DNA of 64,000 nucleotides from Octopus bimaculoides. Its lineage: Eukaryota. The stretch lies in contig NC_068987.1 in assembly GCF_001194135.2 (NCBI RefSeq), positions 24,043,913 to 24,107,912 of the forward strand, written 5' to 3'. This document shows, one piece after another, positions 11,520 through 23,008 of the stretch (positions are counted from its first letter, which is position 1; the number at the start of each line of letters is the position of its first letter). Position numbers and translations under genes: made by a program. A model generated the notes under the pieces. That model saw only the letters and a program-made list of their open reading frames with translations. It had not been told where the DNA came from and did not search any database.

Positions 11520-11929
11520 TAATGACAAGAATGGCAACAATACTAATTTTTCTGGTAGTGCCCCTCTTGGTATGAGAAGCACCTGTGGTAGTGACGAGGA
11601 ACACCGGGATAGAAAATGTGAAAGAAATCGTAGGAATACTCGATCTATATGTGGATAAAGACCGGGAAATATGAAGATGTTAGCATAATAAAACCAAAAA
11701 CGATGGCTTGCCTAATTATATATTATGTTAACAAGTCTGGGCAGAGATAAGAGACGAGAAACTACAAACAACGTAGGGAACAAACAATGGTTTTAATTGC
11801 TTTGGGATTATTACCAATACTGATGTCTTTCGATAAAGTGACGATAATTAAGTACAATAACACGATAAACCAAAATATATACACAGATATCTCGTCAAAA
11901 TTGAAACTGCTTTAACTGGGAAAACATTG

Positions 11930-12309
11930 TGACAATACGTTACAATTAATGACAAATACTTCAATGTCATTATTAGTAAATAGTTTCTTAAACTGAGCGT
12001 CACCAATGCTTATTTTTAAATAGAAATTAAGCCTGCATGTAAATAACATCTCAGAATTAATACATACTGAGGGTGGTTCAAAGATGTTTGCACTAAAACA
12101 TATTCAATAATTAGCTACTGATAATAGATTAACTTATTGTTTTCTTTGTGTCTTACCTCATTCTTTGATGCCACAGTATTGATAGGTGAAATAAATATAT
12201 AGGTATTAACAGACATAATACACTTCTTAGATATTCTTTTAGCTTAATTCACTTGTTTCACAGAAAACCGTGATCAATCTATCGAATAATAAGCCATACT
12301 TTCGTAAAA
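11930..12309 (-). promoter_or_regulatory. Conserved upstream non-coding module, copy 1 (ZNF1 unit)
   Basis: attaagcctgcatgtaaataac...ttattgttttc...GCCATACTTTCGTAAAA (12293-12309). Homologous blocks occur in the other minus-strand units. Confidence 0.65.
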
Positions 12310-12329
12310 ATAATTCTGCATAACTACAG

Positions 12330-13115
12330 ATTTCGGTTTTCGGATACAGAGATTCCGGAAAATTGCCAAAAATCAGAAGTTTGAAATTTCTATTGAACTA
12401 AAATTTTTTTGGTGAAATACGTAGAAAAATACGGAGATTATGATTCTGAAAAAAAAAAATTTTGTAAAATTTCAATTTTTCAAAAATAAATACCCCCACA
12501 TCATATCCCGGAATCATTGGAATTTGTTTTTTTGCATTGAATGAATTCCGGTGATCTACTATGCTACAAAACCCTTTTTTTTAGGCTCGGAAAACGGGGT
12601 GAGGTGGGGTGGAAGCCTCGGAAACTTCACCCCCACCCCCATTTTCAAATATTTTTTGCTATTTCTTTCTTTTCCCATAATTCTAGATAACATTTTGCAG
12701 AAATACGTTTTCGAGAGAGTGTGGATTACATTAGATTGAAAATTCAAAGAAGTTTGAAATGAATATATGAAAATGCAGAGGTTATAGAAGTTAGAGTGTG
12801 TACAGTTTTTGCATGTATGTGTGAAACGAAGTATAATATTAAGGCACTTTTTTGCCAATATTAAAACAAAAATATCTCCTGCCCATCTTGGCATAACTAC
12901 AGGGTTTTACCCCTAGTTATGCCAATATCTTTTTCTTACCTCTTAAAATCACTGGATATAATAATCCCAGATTGTAAAATAAATTTCCAATTTTTGGCGC
13001 CGAAATGAGTTTCATTTTTGTGTGGAGAGAGAGAGAGAATGAGTGCAATAAAGAGAGAGAGAGACAGAAAGAAAAAGAGAGTGAGTGGGTGATGAGGTTT
13101 ACCCAAACATTTGAC
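12330..13115. repeat. Interspersed repeat, probably a non-autonomous DNA element; same family as 31180-32720
   Basis: Long near-identical stretches are shared with 31320-32000 and 32220-32310, e.g. cattttcaaatattttttgctatttctttc...gagagagtgtggattacattagattgaaaattcaaagaagtttgaaatgaata and tttttggcgccgaaat. Confidence 0.75.
12878..12930. repeat. 53-bp hairpin insertion with 7-bp flanking duplication
   Basis: Perfect 12-bp arms TTGGCATAACTA (12888-12899) and TAGTTATGCCAA (12914-12925). AATATCT is duplicated at 12871-12877 and 12924-12930. The insert is absent from the family copies near 31940 and 32545. Confidence 0.75.
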
Positions 13116-14329
13116 AAGACAACACGTGCTCACGGAAATTACCGAGTAGTACGTTTATAGAATTCGAGTCAATACTAAATTACGCCCATGTTTATTATAG
13201 AGATCATGTAACGAATTATACTTTACACTGTTATATTTAACTGTGCGTGTATATTCCTTATCTTTGCTTCTGGTGTCTTCTGCCTTTCTATTAGAAACGT
13301 TTACCTGGGAATTTACTTAAAGTGAAAAAAAAAAAGATCGTATGCAACAGTTAAGTCGTCATAATAACATATTTCTGTATACCAGACCTTTAGCTGTTAT
13401 TTTTAGCACAACGAGTTTTCTGGTGAGGGCGTCATTTGCCTTCGTTGTCTGGACTTCTGTAGAAATCTACGGATGCACAAAACAGAAAAGGAAACAAATA
13501 TGGACGACTTGTTCCAAAACACTCCAACCCCCAATTGTTTTCCCCTAAAATCCTTATATCCTCGGAATCTAAATAGTCCGAGGTATATTTGTAGAGAATT
13601 TCTATAAAAAATTTCCATTTTCCTTAAAGTTAAAATGAATTGAAGTGGACTCCAGTGAATTTTCCGAAATTCTCCCCCTCCTAAAACACTCTCCCACAAA
13701 AAAAAAATTATATATTCGGAATCTACATGATATAATACATATTCGTAGAAAATTTCATTAAAAAATATCCATTTTTCTGAAAGTTATGATCACCCAAAGT
13801 CTGTGGGGTGGGGGCAGAAATTTAGTTCTGCCAAGAATTCTCTTTAAACACATAGGTTGCCTTTGGTCTCAGACAAATTTCAAGATCCTGCATATTTAAT
13901 TCTCAACTTAAGCATCTTTTAATTCTATTTCCTTTTTATTGCAAAATAAAATAAAGCTTTTTTACTCGTGGTCTTGCTAACCACGAATAGCACTATTTCA
14001 AACTTCTTGGGAATGATCGGCATGATGTAATTCAGAAGTTAATCAGTGACACCATCATGCATTTCTAGCTTGAACTGTGAAACTGCTTTAGTGGCTTGGT
14101 TACTCTTTAACAAACTGAAACCCAGGCTGAAAACAAGTAGCACAATTTTAAGCATCACATGTAAAGATTAACAACTCAAGAATTCAGGTTTACCAGGAAT
14201 AAGCAAAAGGATTGGACATCAGACTGCACTACAGAATTCATTGAGAGTTCTAATTGTGCTTGGACACCATTAACTATCAGCTACTCAAAAGACAAACAAT
14301 TCATTTTGTCTATGCTGTCGGCAATGAAT

Positions 14330-14825
14330 ACTGGTATACTGTTGCTCTGGACATGAAACAAATAGCTCCTGTTGAGGATTCATGAAAACTGCACCAACTT
14401 AAGTCAACTGTGAAGGGCTACATATCAACAAAAAAACAATTCTTGGTATTCAAGGTGTAGTTATTTTGAATTTTGATGAACATCACAGTCAAAGATGTGA
14501 CCATTTTATGACCCTACTCAACTATGATTTGTTCATAGATACCATTCTTTACATATTATCTGAGTGCCTAAAACATAAAGGTGTGCAAATCTAACCACAA
14601 ACTTCGGAACAAGGCCCCAGGTGTTGATGGTTTGTCTGGTAAGATCCTCACAAATTGTTTCAATGTCTTGGTTTCCTGGTTGCATTGTGTAATCACTTGC
14701 ATCTAGGAACAGGAGACTTAAAATCTCTCCCACAAGACTGGAGTGACACAGGCTTCCTCTCTTTCTTTAAGAAGGATGATACATATTCTTGCAACAACTA
14801 ATGAGGCATCACAGCCAAGATATTC
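14330..14825 (+). mobile_element. Degenerate RTE LINE, pre-RT region
   Basis: RNKAPGVDGLSGKILTN...LVSWLHCVITCI*EQE and PQDWSDTGFLSFFKKDDTYSCNN**GI match the KAPGxDG and PxDW...KKGD...NYRGI motifs. Confidence 0.75.
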
Positions 14826-15269
14826 ATTGTCCTTCTGCGACAAAATTTCTTCATGAGCATCAACACAGAGCACAAAATCAGTACAAAAATCTTTGCTGAC
14901 GCTCCATGTTTTGGATTTTGTGTCAAATTCTGATGTTTGTTGTCATTGATAGAGTGATTCTTTTCAAGAGCTCTTTCTCAAAAGATACCTCCCTTGGTTT
15001 TGGTGATGCATTCTGCTGTTCACAAAACAAAGTCATTTCTGATGTTACACCAGAGTCATTTTCAGAATGACCTAAATGGTAAGGTAGACAGCTGAAAAGA
15101 GAATTTATATGATCAAATTGGATCTTGAATCAATGTATAGCATCTGCCATTAGAATCATGACTGGCATCAAGCATATGTGATTGCATAGCATGGTCAGCT
15201 TCTGTGGATTCAGTTAAGTTTTATTTATATATATATATATAAGTTTGTGTCTCCTTGCCATTAACATAG

Positions 15270-15470
15270 CATATTTGTAAATGAGTGTCAGTCAGTGTCA
15301 TTCATTTTCCCTATTCAGCAAAAAACTTATATGGCCATGGAAAAATATTTGCTTAGAAACAAGTGAGGGTTGGTGACAGGAAGGGTATCTGGCCATCATA
15401 AGATCTGCCTCAACAAACTCATGCAAACATACACAAGTGCACATTAAAAATGATAATGATGATCTATAAT
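15270..15470 (+). mobile_element. RTE-like SINE tail, headless
   Basis: ttgtaaatgagtgtc...agaaacaagtgagggttggtgacaggaaggg...ttaaaaatgataatgatgat. Confidence 0.6.
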
Positions 15471-16176
15471 AGTTTAAATGCAGTAATCTGCAAGGGAACT
15501 CTTTTCAATTAAGACCTGACTTTTACAGTAAATCACCCTTCTTCCAGCTACACAAACTTACTATACTGGAAATAACTGATAAAAGATATACTTTGTAGAT
15601 TATTGCAACTTCAATTTAAAATCACAAAAGTAATTCCATAACGAAACACAGCTATCATCAGCTCATAACATTTTAATAGCGACAAATGTCTGTAAGCAGA
15701 TAAAATATTAAAATTTAATTATAAAATACATCAATTTTATTTGTTATTTAAATAAATGGTCCGTCCCATTTACACATGTAAATCTATATACACTTATTTA
15801 ATCATGCTGAAGAATGTTCTGGAAATTCTCCAGATTGTGTTGGAGAGAGTAAAAAAAGAAATTGTAGTTTGTAAACATTGCAAATCAGAAAGATTATTTT
15901 TTTATTAATCAGTGTATGAAAAATTTTATTGAAAATTTTCTTAACTATGTAAAATATTTGGGTGATATACAAAACAAATTGTTTTAGAAAGTTAACAGTT
16001 AATAAAAATTACAACACACTGATTTATAACCTTTTGCAAATGTTACAAAATATTCTCAAATAATTCAAGTAACATTATATAAACATGGCATTCATTAATT
16101 TTCTGTGATGTTCTTTAAACATTCACGGTATTAATTCCATTATGTCATAAAGTAATAATTTTACAAATTCTTTTAA

Positions 16177-17439
16177 TTATTTCCCTTGTTTTACAGTTTG
16201 GTTTTCATGTGCTTTTTGTTTGTGATTAGTCAAAATTTTATTCTTAGAGAAAGTCCTACCACAGATGTTGCAGCGATATGGTTGCACACCAGTGTGAACA
16301 GGTCTGTGGCGAGTTAAATGCTGATTATCAGAGAATGTTTTACCACAAATATCACAACTGTATGGTCTCTCACCTGTGTGACCACGTATATGAATCTTTA
16401 AATGTGTATTCTGAGAGAATGTTTTACCACAGATATCACAGTGGTATGGTTTCTCACCAGTGTGAACCCGTACATGTTGAGTTAAATGAACATTCTGAGA
16501 GAATGTTTTTCCACAGGTTTTACAGTGGTATGGTCTTTCACCTGTGTGGATGCGTATATGATTAGTTAACCTACTACTACGCGTGAATGTTTTCCCACAA
16601 ATATCACAGCGGTATGGTCTAATTCCTATGTGAGCTTGTTTGTGACTAGCCAAAGTATAATATGCAGAGAAGGCTTTCCCACAGATATCACAATGGTATG
16701 GTTTCTCACCAGTGTGAGTACGTCTGTGAACAGTCATGTTACCTCTTCCAGAGAATGTTTTCCCACAGACATCACAACAGTGTGGCTTTTCACTGGTGTG
16801 AATGTATTTGTGAACATTTAAATTAGAACTTCGGGCGAATGTTTTACTACATATACCACACTGATATGGTTTCTCACCTGTATGAATACGTATGTGACGA
16901 GTTAAGCTGTCAGTCTGAGAGAATGTTTTCCCACAGATATCACAGTGAAATGGTTTCTCACCTGAGTGAATATATTTGTGTCTACTCAAATGATTTAGCT
17001 GAGTGAAACTTCTCCCACAAATATCACAGTGATATGGTTTTTCACCAGTATGAATACGTCTATGATTAGTCAAAGTACTGCGGACAGAAAAGGTTTTGTC
17101 ACAGATATCACAGTGGTGTGGTTTCTTGCTTCTGTGAGTCAGTTTGTGTCTAGTCAAATATGAATTCTGAAGGAATACTTTACCACAAATTAAGCATTCA
17201 AAATCTTTCTGATCTGACTGAACACCCTTTGAGAATAAACGAGTTTTTGCAATTGCTTTGCTGTAAATTTTTTTAACCTTAAAGCTTGTAAGCAGTACAT
17301 TGGACTGTGTGAATGTTTTCTTATGAATGTCAAAGGGACATGATTGCTTTTCTACATCTACATATACCAGATTAGATATGTCATTGGATTCAGGCTGTGT
17401 TTGATCGTAAACCTGGTTTTCACAAAGCTTTTCTTCCAT
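16177..17439 (-). CDS. C2H2 zinc-finger protein ZNF2, ~78-aa leader plus 12 fingers, 420 aa
   Basis: Intact ORF starting [18 protein letters not shown] with 12 canonical fingers and TGE[KR]P linkers. Confidence 0.95.
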   Translation of the reverse strand: MEEKLCENQVYDQTQPESNDISNLVYVDVEKQSCPFDIHKKTFTQSNVLLTSFKVKKIYSKAIAKTRLFSKGVQSDQKDFECLICGKVFLQNSYLTRHKLTHRSKKPHHCDICDKTFSVRSTLTNHRRIHTGEKPYHCDICGRSFTQLNHLSRHKYIHSGEKPFHCDICGKTFSQTDSLTRHIRIHTGEKPYQCGICSKTFARSSNLNVHKYIHTSEKPHCCDVCGKTFSGRGNMTVHRRTHTGEKPYHCDICGKAFSAYYTLASHKQAHIGIRPYRCDICGKTFTRSSRLTNHIRIHTGERPYHCKTCGKTFSQNVHLTQHVRVHTGEKPYHCDICGKTFSQNTHLKIHIRGHTGERPYSCDICGKTFSDNQHLTRHRPVHTGVQPYRCNICGRTFSKNKILTNHKQKAHENQTVKQGK

Positions 17440-17863
17440 AATTTTCTTCTTTCTTCAATAATATACTTTTAAAAAAAAGTAGATTAATTTATAATGTTCA
17501 ATGAAGGTAAGCAAATTCTATGAAACTTCTTAAATACTAAAGTTAGAATGAATTTTCTTTTACAATAAAAGTTGAGATTTCACAAAGTCTGAAGATATCT
17601 CCTTCATAAGGAAATAATTACAAGATATTTTATTAGGACAGTTTCATTTCCTAGAGTTCAATATTGCAAACAAAAATCAGCAGGTAAGCAGACTCCAGTT
17701 CTCAAGATCCACACTGATATGAAAAGATATTACAGATAAACCAAACTGAATCTTCATGTTCTGTCTCTGTTACAATCTATTGTGTTCTTGATAATGATAA
17801 TCTTCTGTTTTCAAAATCAAATTTCTTGATATCAGCAATTACTATTTCAGTATCTACACAAAT

Positions 17864-17878
17864 CCTGAAGTGAAGAAT
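17864..17878 (-). promoter_or_regulatory. Putative splice acceptor of the ZNF2 terminal exon
   Basis: tattcttcacttcag with AG at 17866-17865, homologous to the other units. Confidence 0.6.
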
Positions 17879-18589
17879 ATAATGATATAATGTAGTACGG
17901 ACGTTATCTACAGAGGACAGACACATATAGTGGAAACAAATGAAAATTTTGAAAGGAAAAAAAATACAGGGATAATAGATTTAGACGAGCAGAATATTTT
18001 TTATTAGTGTTAAAATATAGAAAGTTTAGAGTAATAGTATGTATACACAGATTGATTTAAATGTCTTTATATCCACCTATCCATGCTAACAGAACCACCT
18101 CTGCTTACTACAAGAGAGCCTATGTGTGATTAATGAATGCGAGAAATAGTAGCCAAATATTCCTGGAATTACAACCTGTCTTGAAAATGAAATGTAGCTT
18201 GAGAAAAAGCTATGTCCAAAAGTAGGGTGGCGTGTTATAGAAACCTAGTTCAAACTCGCTCACTTTCATGTTGTTTCAATGTCTTGTTTAAATAAAGTAG
18301 AAACAAATTCTTTGTTAAAGGAATGTTCTGTTTTCAGAATGTCTCTAGATAGGATTTCTAATATGGCACTTTTCCTGTCGTATCATAGAATAGTTAATAC
18401 ATGTTAACACAAAAGCTATTAAAGGTAGTTATCTTTTTCGTTCGTACGACCTGGTTTGGTTTGAATTTTCAACATTAATGTAGTTTTACCTGCTAGTTAT
18501 GAAAATCACATTGGTTTTTTTTTTTTTTACATTATTTAAAAATGAAAATGTTACAACCCTTTAAAATTCGAAATTTTTGTTAGTTTTAG

Positions 18590-18847
18590 CCAATAGAGAT
18601 TAAACATAAATGTAAATAACATCTCACCATTAATACATATCACGGATTGTTACAACAAAGATATTTGCACGAGAAATACTAAAATACCCTGTTTAGCAAT
18701 TAGCTATTGACAATAGATCAACTTACTGTTTTCCTTCCGTATTTTCATATTATTTGATGCAATAATATTTAGAAATGAAGTGAAATCCAACATTTTGTTC
18801 CTTAATAAAGAGCTGATGAATGTATCATTAGCCGCTTTTTCGTAAAA
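18590..18847 (-). promoter_or_regulatory. Conserved upstream non-coding module, copy 2 (ZNF2 unit)
   Basis: gagattaaacataaatgtaaataacatctc...ttactgttttcc...GCCGCTTTTTCGTAAAA (18831-18847). Confidence 0.65.
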
Positions 18848-18882
18848 ATATTTTACAGGGCAATGAAATGGCAGAATTGTTC

Positions 18883-19694
18883 NNNNNNNNNNNNNNNNNN
18901 NNNNNNNNNNNNNNNNNNNNNNNNNNNNNNNNNNNNNNNNNNNNNNNNNNNNNNNNNNNNNNNNNNNNNNNNNNNNNNNNNNNNNNNNNNNNNNNNNNNN
19001 NNNNNNNNNNNNNNNNNNNNNNNNNNNNNNNNNNNNNNNNNNNNNNNNNNNNNNNNNNNNNNNNNNNNNNNNNNNNNNNNNNNNNNNNNNNNNNNNNNNN
19101 NNNNNNNNNNNNNNNNNNNNNNNNNNNNNNNNNNNNNNNNNNNNNNNNNNNNNNNNNNNNNNNNNNNNNNNNNNNNNNNNNNNNNNNNNNNNNNNNNNNN
19201 NNNNNNNNNNNNNNNNNNNNNNNNNNNNNNNNNNNNNNNNNNNNNNNNNNNNNNNNNNNNNNNNNNNNNNNNNNNNNNNNNNNNNNNNNNNNNNNNNNNN
19301 NNNNNNNNNNNNNNNNNNNNNNNNNNNNNNNNNNNNNNNNNNNNNNNNNNNNNNNNNNNNNNNNNNNNNNNNNNNNNNNNNNNNNNNNNNNNNNNNNNNN
19401 NNNNNNNNNNNNNNNNNNNNNNNNNNNNNNNNNNNNNNNNNNNNNNNNNNNNNNNNNNNNNNNNNNNNNNNNNNNNNNNNNNNNNNNNNNNNNNNNNNNN
19501 NNNNNNNNNNNNNNNNNNNNNNNNNNNNNNNNNNNNNNNNNNNNNNNNNNNNNNNNNNNNNNNNNNNNNNNNNNNNNNNNNNNNNNNNNNNNNNNNNNNN
19601 NNNNNNNNNNNNNNNNNNNNNNNNNNNNNNNNNNNNNNNNNNNNNNNNNNNNNNNNNNNNNNNNNNNNNNNNNNNNNNNNNNNNNNNNNNNNNN
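18883..19694. other. Assembly gap (N run)
   Basis: Run of N. Confidence 1.
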
Positions 19695-20140
19695 CTATTA
19701 CACTAAGTGACGAGAAATTACATAAGCCTAACTATCAACAGACTGTATTTTCGGGTATTTATTATCTTTTTTAGTTTCTTTCCCTAAACATTTGTAACTA
19801 ATTTTTTTCTTTATATTTTGCCGATTCCACAAGTTTCTTTCTTACACGCACGCACGCACACACACACAGATAAGCATACCAAAATTACTTGGGTTTAAAT
19901 CAGGATAATCTTCAAACTGTAGGTGCTTGTGTAAAGAACTTTCCATTATGTGCATTTTTTTGTTTCTTTTAATATATTTCTGAACTTCAAACAGCGAGTT
20001 AGAACATGCTTGGGGAAATCCGTAAACTTCTATTAATCGTATAATATATCCTGAATCTCGAGAATTAGTTATTTTTAATCAAATCCTTGTGACTTGAGAG
20101 TGTTAATACAACATAGGTACGCCATACAGCCACTTTACTG

Positions 20141-20462
20141 GCACTCTGCGGATTACGACGACGAGTGTTCCGGTTGATCCAATCAATGGAATAACCTGCT
20201 TGTGAAATGAATGTGCAAGTAGCTGAGTACTCCCCAGACACGCGTACCCTTAACGTAGTTCTCAGGGAGACTCAGCGTGACACAAAATGTAACAAGGCTG
20301 GCCGTTTGAAGCACAGGAACAACTCATTTTTTTTGCCAGCTGAGTGGACTGGAGCAACGTGAAATAAAGCGTCTTGCTCAAGGACACAACTTGTCGCCAT
20401 AAATCGAATTCGTAATCTTACGATCGTGAGCCGAATACACTAACCACTAAGCCATGCGCCTT
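20141..20462 (-). mobile_element. tRNA-derived SINE, near full length
   Basis: A-box TGGCTTAGTGG and B-box-like GAATTCGATTT, central gttgtgtccttgagcaagacgctttatttcacgttgctccagtccactcagctgg. The 3' half is shared with 22634-23008. Confidence 0.85.
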
Positions 20463-21007
20463 CACTACACATCCACTGGACACCTGGGAAAGACACATAG
20501 TGCTAGGCTTACACTCACCTGTGACATGAGTATGTTCATTAGTTTGTGTTTGAATCATACATGGCAGGGTTAGGACTCCTTGCCAAATTCAACATTTTTA
20601 GTTTTACCTTCTTAGAATTAGAGTACATAATCTATTATATGAACATTCCGAGACATTTCATAGCCAAACGGCACAAATTTGCTAATGGGACAGGACACCG
20701 GGACATATAGTATCTCTCTCTCCCGCTACGAAAGCAAATTTCTCATTTGTAAATTTGCAACAAATATGTTATGTTTCTAAATATTATCAATACTGTTGCA
20801 ATCTACTCCATTGAAGGCCTATCTTTACAAAATTTCATTAAAAAAATGTCTATTTTTCAGAAAGTTATTGCCTGACACCAAGCCTCGTATATGCCCTCAT
20901 TATGCACCACTATGTTAACTCCCTCTCTTTATACAATGTAAAGCATGATTAGAGAAATCAATCAACCAACAATTATTTGGCTGTTATATAGAGATTTTGT
21001 CTATTTT

Positions 21008-21023
21008 TTAATTTTTATTTCAG
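21008..21023 (+). promoter_or_regulatory. Putative splice acceptor of the ZNF3 terminal exon
   Basis: ttaatttttatttcag with AG at 21022-21023. The following sequence (attttctgttgacattgaga) resembles the exon starts of the minus-strand genes. Confidence 0.6.
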
Positions 21024-21279
21024 ATTTTCTGTTGACATTGAGAGAACATCAACCAATGTATGAAATTTTAAAGACTGCAGAATTACATTATCATCAAGAA
21101 AGCTTGTGACAGTTTATCTAACTATGATTAAATTTCATTAATAATTGTGGTGTTGATTGGAAATATATTGGTTAGATGGTGATGGTCATATTGGAGAAAA
21201 TTTGACATTACACCAGAACTATATTTTTGTTGTGTCTGATATCTGCTTCTTCTTTGAAATATTGGCAAAAGAGTAAATT

Positions 21280-22392
21280 ATGGATGGGAAACTGTGTAGG
21301 AGTGAGGTTCATGGTGAAAAACACCCTGATAATCTTTGTGTATCTAATCAAACAATGTACATTGAAAAGAAATCAAATCTCAGTAGTAACAACGGTAAAA
21401 TATTTGCACAAAGAACTAATACCTCAAAACATAAGATACTCAACACTAGCTCACTCCGTTACCAATGTGAAATTTGTGGTAAACGATTCCTAATAAAAAA
21501 CTTTTTGTCTTTACATAAATGTATTCACACTTCAGATAAACTCTATCACTGTGACACCTGTGATAAAACATTCTCTGAGAGAAGTCAGTTAATTTGTCAT
21601 ATATGTTTCCACATTGGTGATGGATTATACAACTGTAATATTTGTGGTAAAACATTCCTTGCGAGAGGCAAATTAAATCGTCACAAACGGATTCACACGG
21701 GTGAGAAACCATATTACTGTGATATCTGTGGCAAAACATTCTGTGGGAATAGTAATTTGACTAGTCATAAATGTGTTCATACAGGGAAGAAAGCGTACCA
21801 CTGTGATATTTGTGGTAAGTCATTCTCTCACAATAGTGCTTTGACTTGTCATAAACGTATTCACACAGGGGAGAAACCCTATCACTGTGATATCTGTGGT
21901 AAAACATTCTCACATACTAGTGGTGTAACATGTCATAAACGTATTCACACTGGTGAAAAACCATACCACTGTGATATTTGTAATAAAACATTCTCCCACA
22001 ACAGCGGCTTAACGTGTCACAAACGTATACACTCAGGTGAGAAACCATACCATTGTGATATCTGTGGGAAAAATTTCTTTCAAAGTGGTAAATTAACAAT
22101 CCATAAACGTCTTCACACAGGTGAGAAACCCTATCACTGTGAAACCTGTGGTAAAACATTCTCACGACATGATAGCTTAAACATTCACCAACGTTTCCAT
22201 ACAGGTGAAAAACCATATCACTGTGATATCTGTGGGAAAGCATTCTCTCAGAATACTCATTTGACTAGTCACAAACGTATTCATACTGGTGAAAAGCCAT
22301 ACTGCTGTGATATTTGTGGTAAAACATTCTCTCATAGTGGAATTTTATCAAATCATAAACACATTCACACTAGACATAAAGCATGGCACTAA
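21280..22392 (+). CDS. C2H2 zinc-finger protein ZNF3, leader plus 11 fingers, 370 aa, inverted relative to the cluster
   Basis: Intact ORF starting MDGKLCRSEV with 11 fingers. A decayed 12th finger follows the TAA. Confidence 0.94.
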   Translation: MDGKLCRSEVHGEKHPDNLCVSNQTMYIEKKSNLSSNNGKIFAQRTNTSKHKILNTSSLRYQCEICGKRFLIKNFLSLHKCIHTSDKLYHCDTCDKTFSERSQLICHICFHIGDGLYNCNICGKTFLARGKLNRHKRIHTGEKPYYCDICGKTFCGNSNLTSHKCVHTGKKAYHCDICGKSFSHNSALTCHKRIHTGEKPYHCDICGKTFSHTSGVTCHKRIHTGEKPYHCDICNKTFSHNSGLTCHKRIHSGEKPYHCDICGKNFFQSGKLTIHKRLHTGEKPYHCETCGKTFSRHDSLNIHQRFHTGEKPYHCDICGKAFSQNTHLTSHKRIHTGEKPYCCDICGKTFSHSGILSNHKHIHTRHKAWH

Positions 22393-22633
22393 AATATAAC
22401 CTATGGTAAACATTGCCTCAGAATAGTAATTTAGCAAAGACCTGAACGGAAGATGAATCATAAAAGTTTGAACCAAAGAGAGAGCCTCTATGCAACAAAA
22501 TTTCTTTTAAATCATACACTATTGTCTTTAGAAAAGATACATTGAATGCTGTAATCTGAAATGAACTATGTCTATAAGCAATAAACTTGTTTCACTTATT
22601 CAAACAATGTCCTTAAATATTATATTTGTCAGG

Positions 22634-23008
22634 AGTGGAGGCGCAATGGCCCAGTGGTTAGGGCAGCGGACATAGGATCGCGGTTTCGATTCCCAGACCG
22701 GGCATTGTGAGTGTTTATTGAGCAAAAACACCTAAAACTCCACGAGGCTCCGGCAGGGGATGGTGGCAAACCCTGCTGTACTCTTTCTCTCACTCTTACT
22801 TCCTGTTTCCGTTGTGCCTGTAATTCAAAGGGTCAGCTTTGTCACACTGTGTCACGCTGAATATCCCTGAGAACTACGTTAAAGGTACACGTGTCTGTGG
22901 AGTGCTCAGCCACTTGCACGTTAATTTCACGAGCAGGCTGTTCTGTTGATCGGATCAACTGGAACCCTCGACAACGTAAGCGACGGAGTGCCAACAACAA
23001 CAACAACA
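22634..23008 (+). mobile_element. Full-length tRNA-derived SINE with (CAA)n tail and 10-bp target-site duplication
   Basis: A-box TGGCCCAGTGG, B-box GGTTTCGATTCC, tail (CAA)n. ATTTGTCAGG is repeated at 22624-22633 and 23009-23018. Confidence 0.92.

Noticed and set aside
13550-13790. Two ~155-bp-spaced copies of an AT-rich block, with a third piece near 20822-20868
   Set aside because: Short, AT-rich and most likely fragments of an ordinary dispersed repeat; not tied to gene-unit position.
14826-15060. Minus-strand open stretch next to the RTE fragment, considered as a twin-priming inversion or foreign exon
   Set aside because: The translation shows no convincing RT or other motif, and the frames are short.
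22637-22705. tRNA-like A and B boxes (also 20390-20462, 38775-38830)
   Set aside because: They continue into SINE bodies with tails and a TSD, and I see no complete cloverleaf, so they are not tRNA genes.
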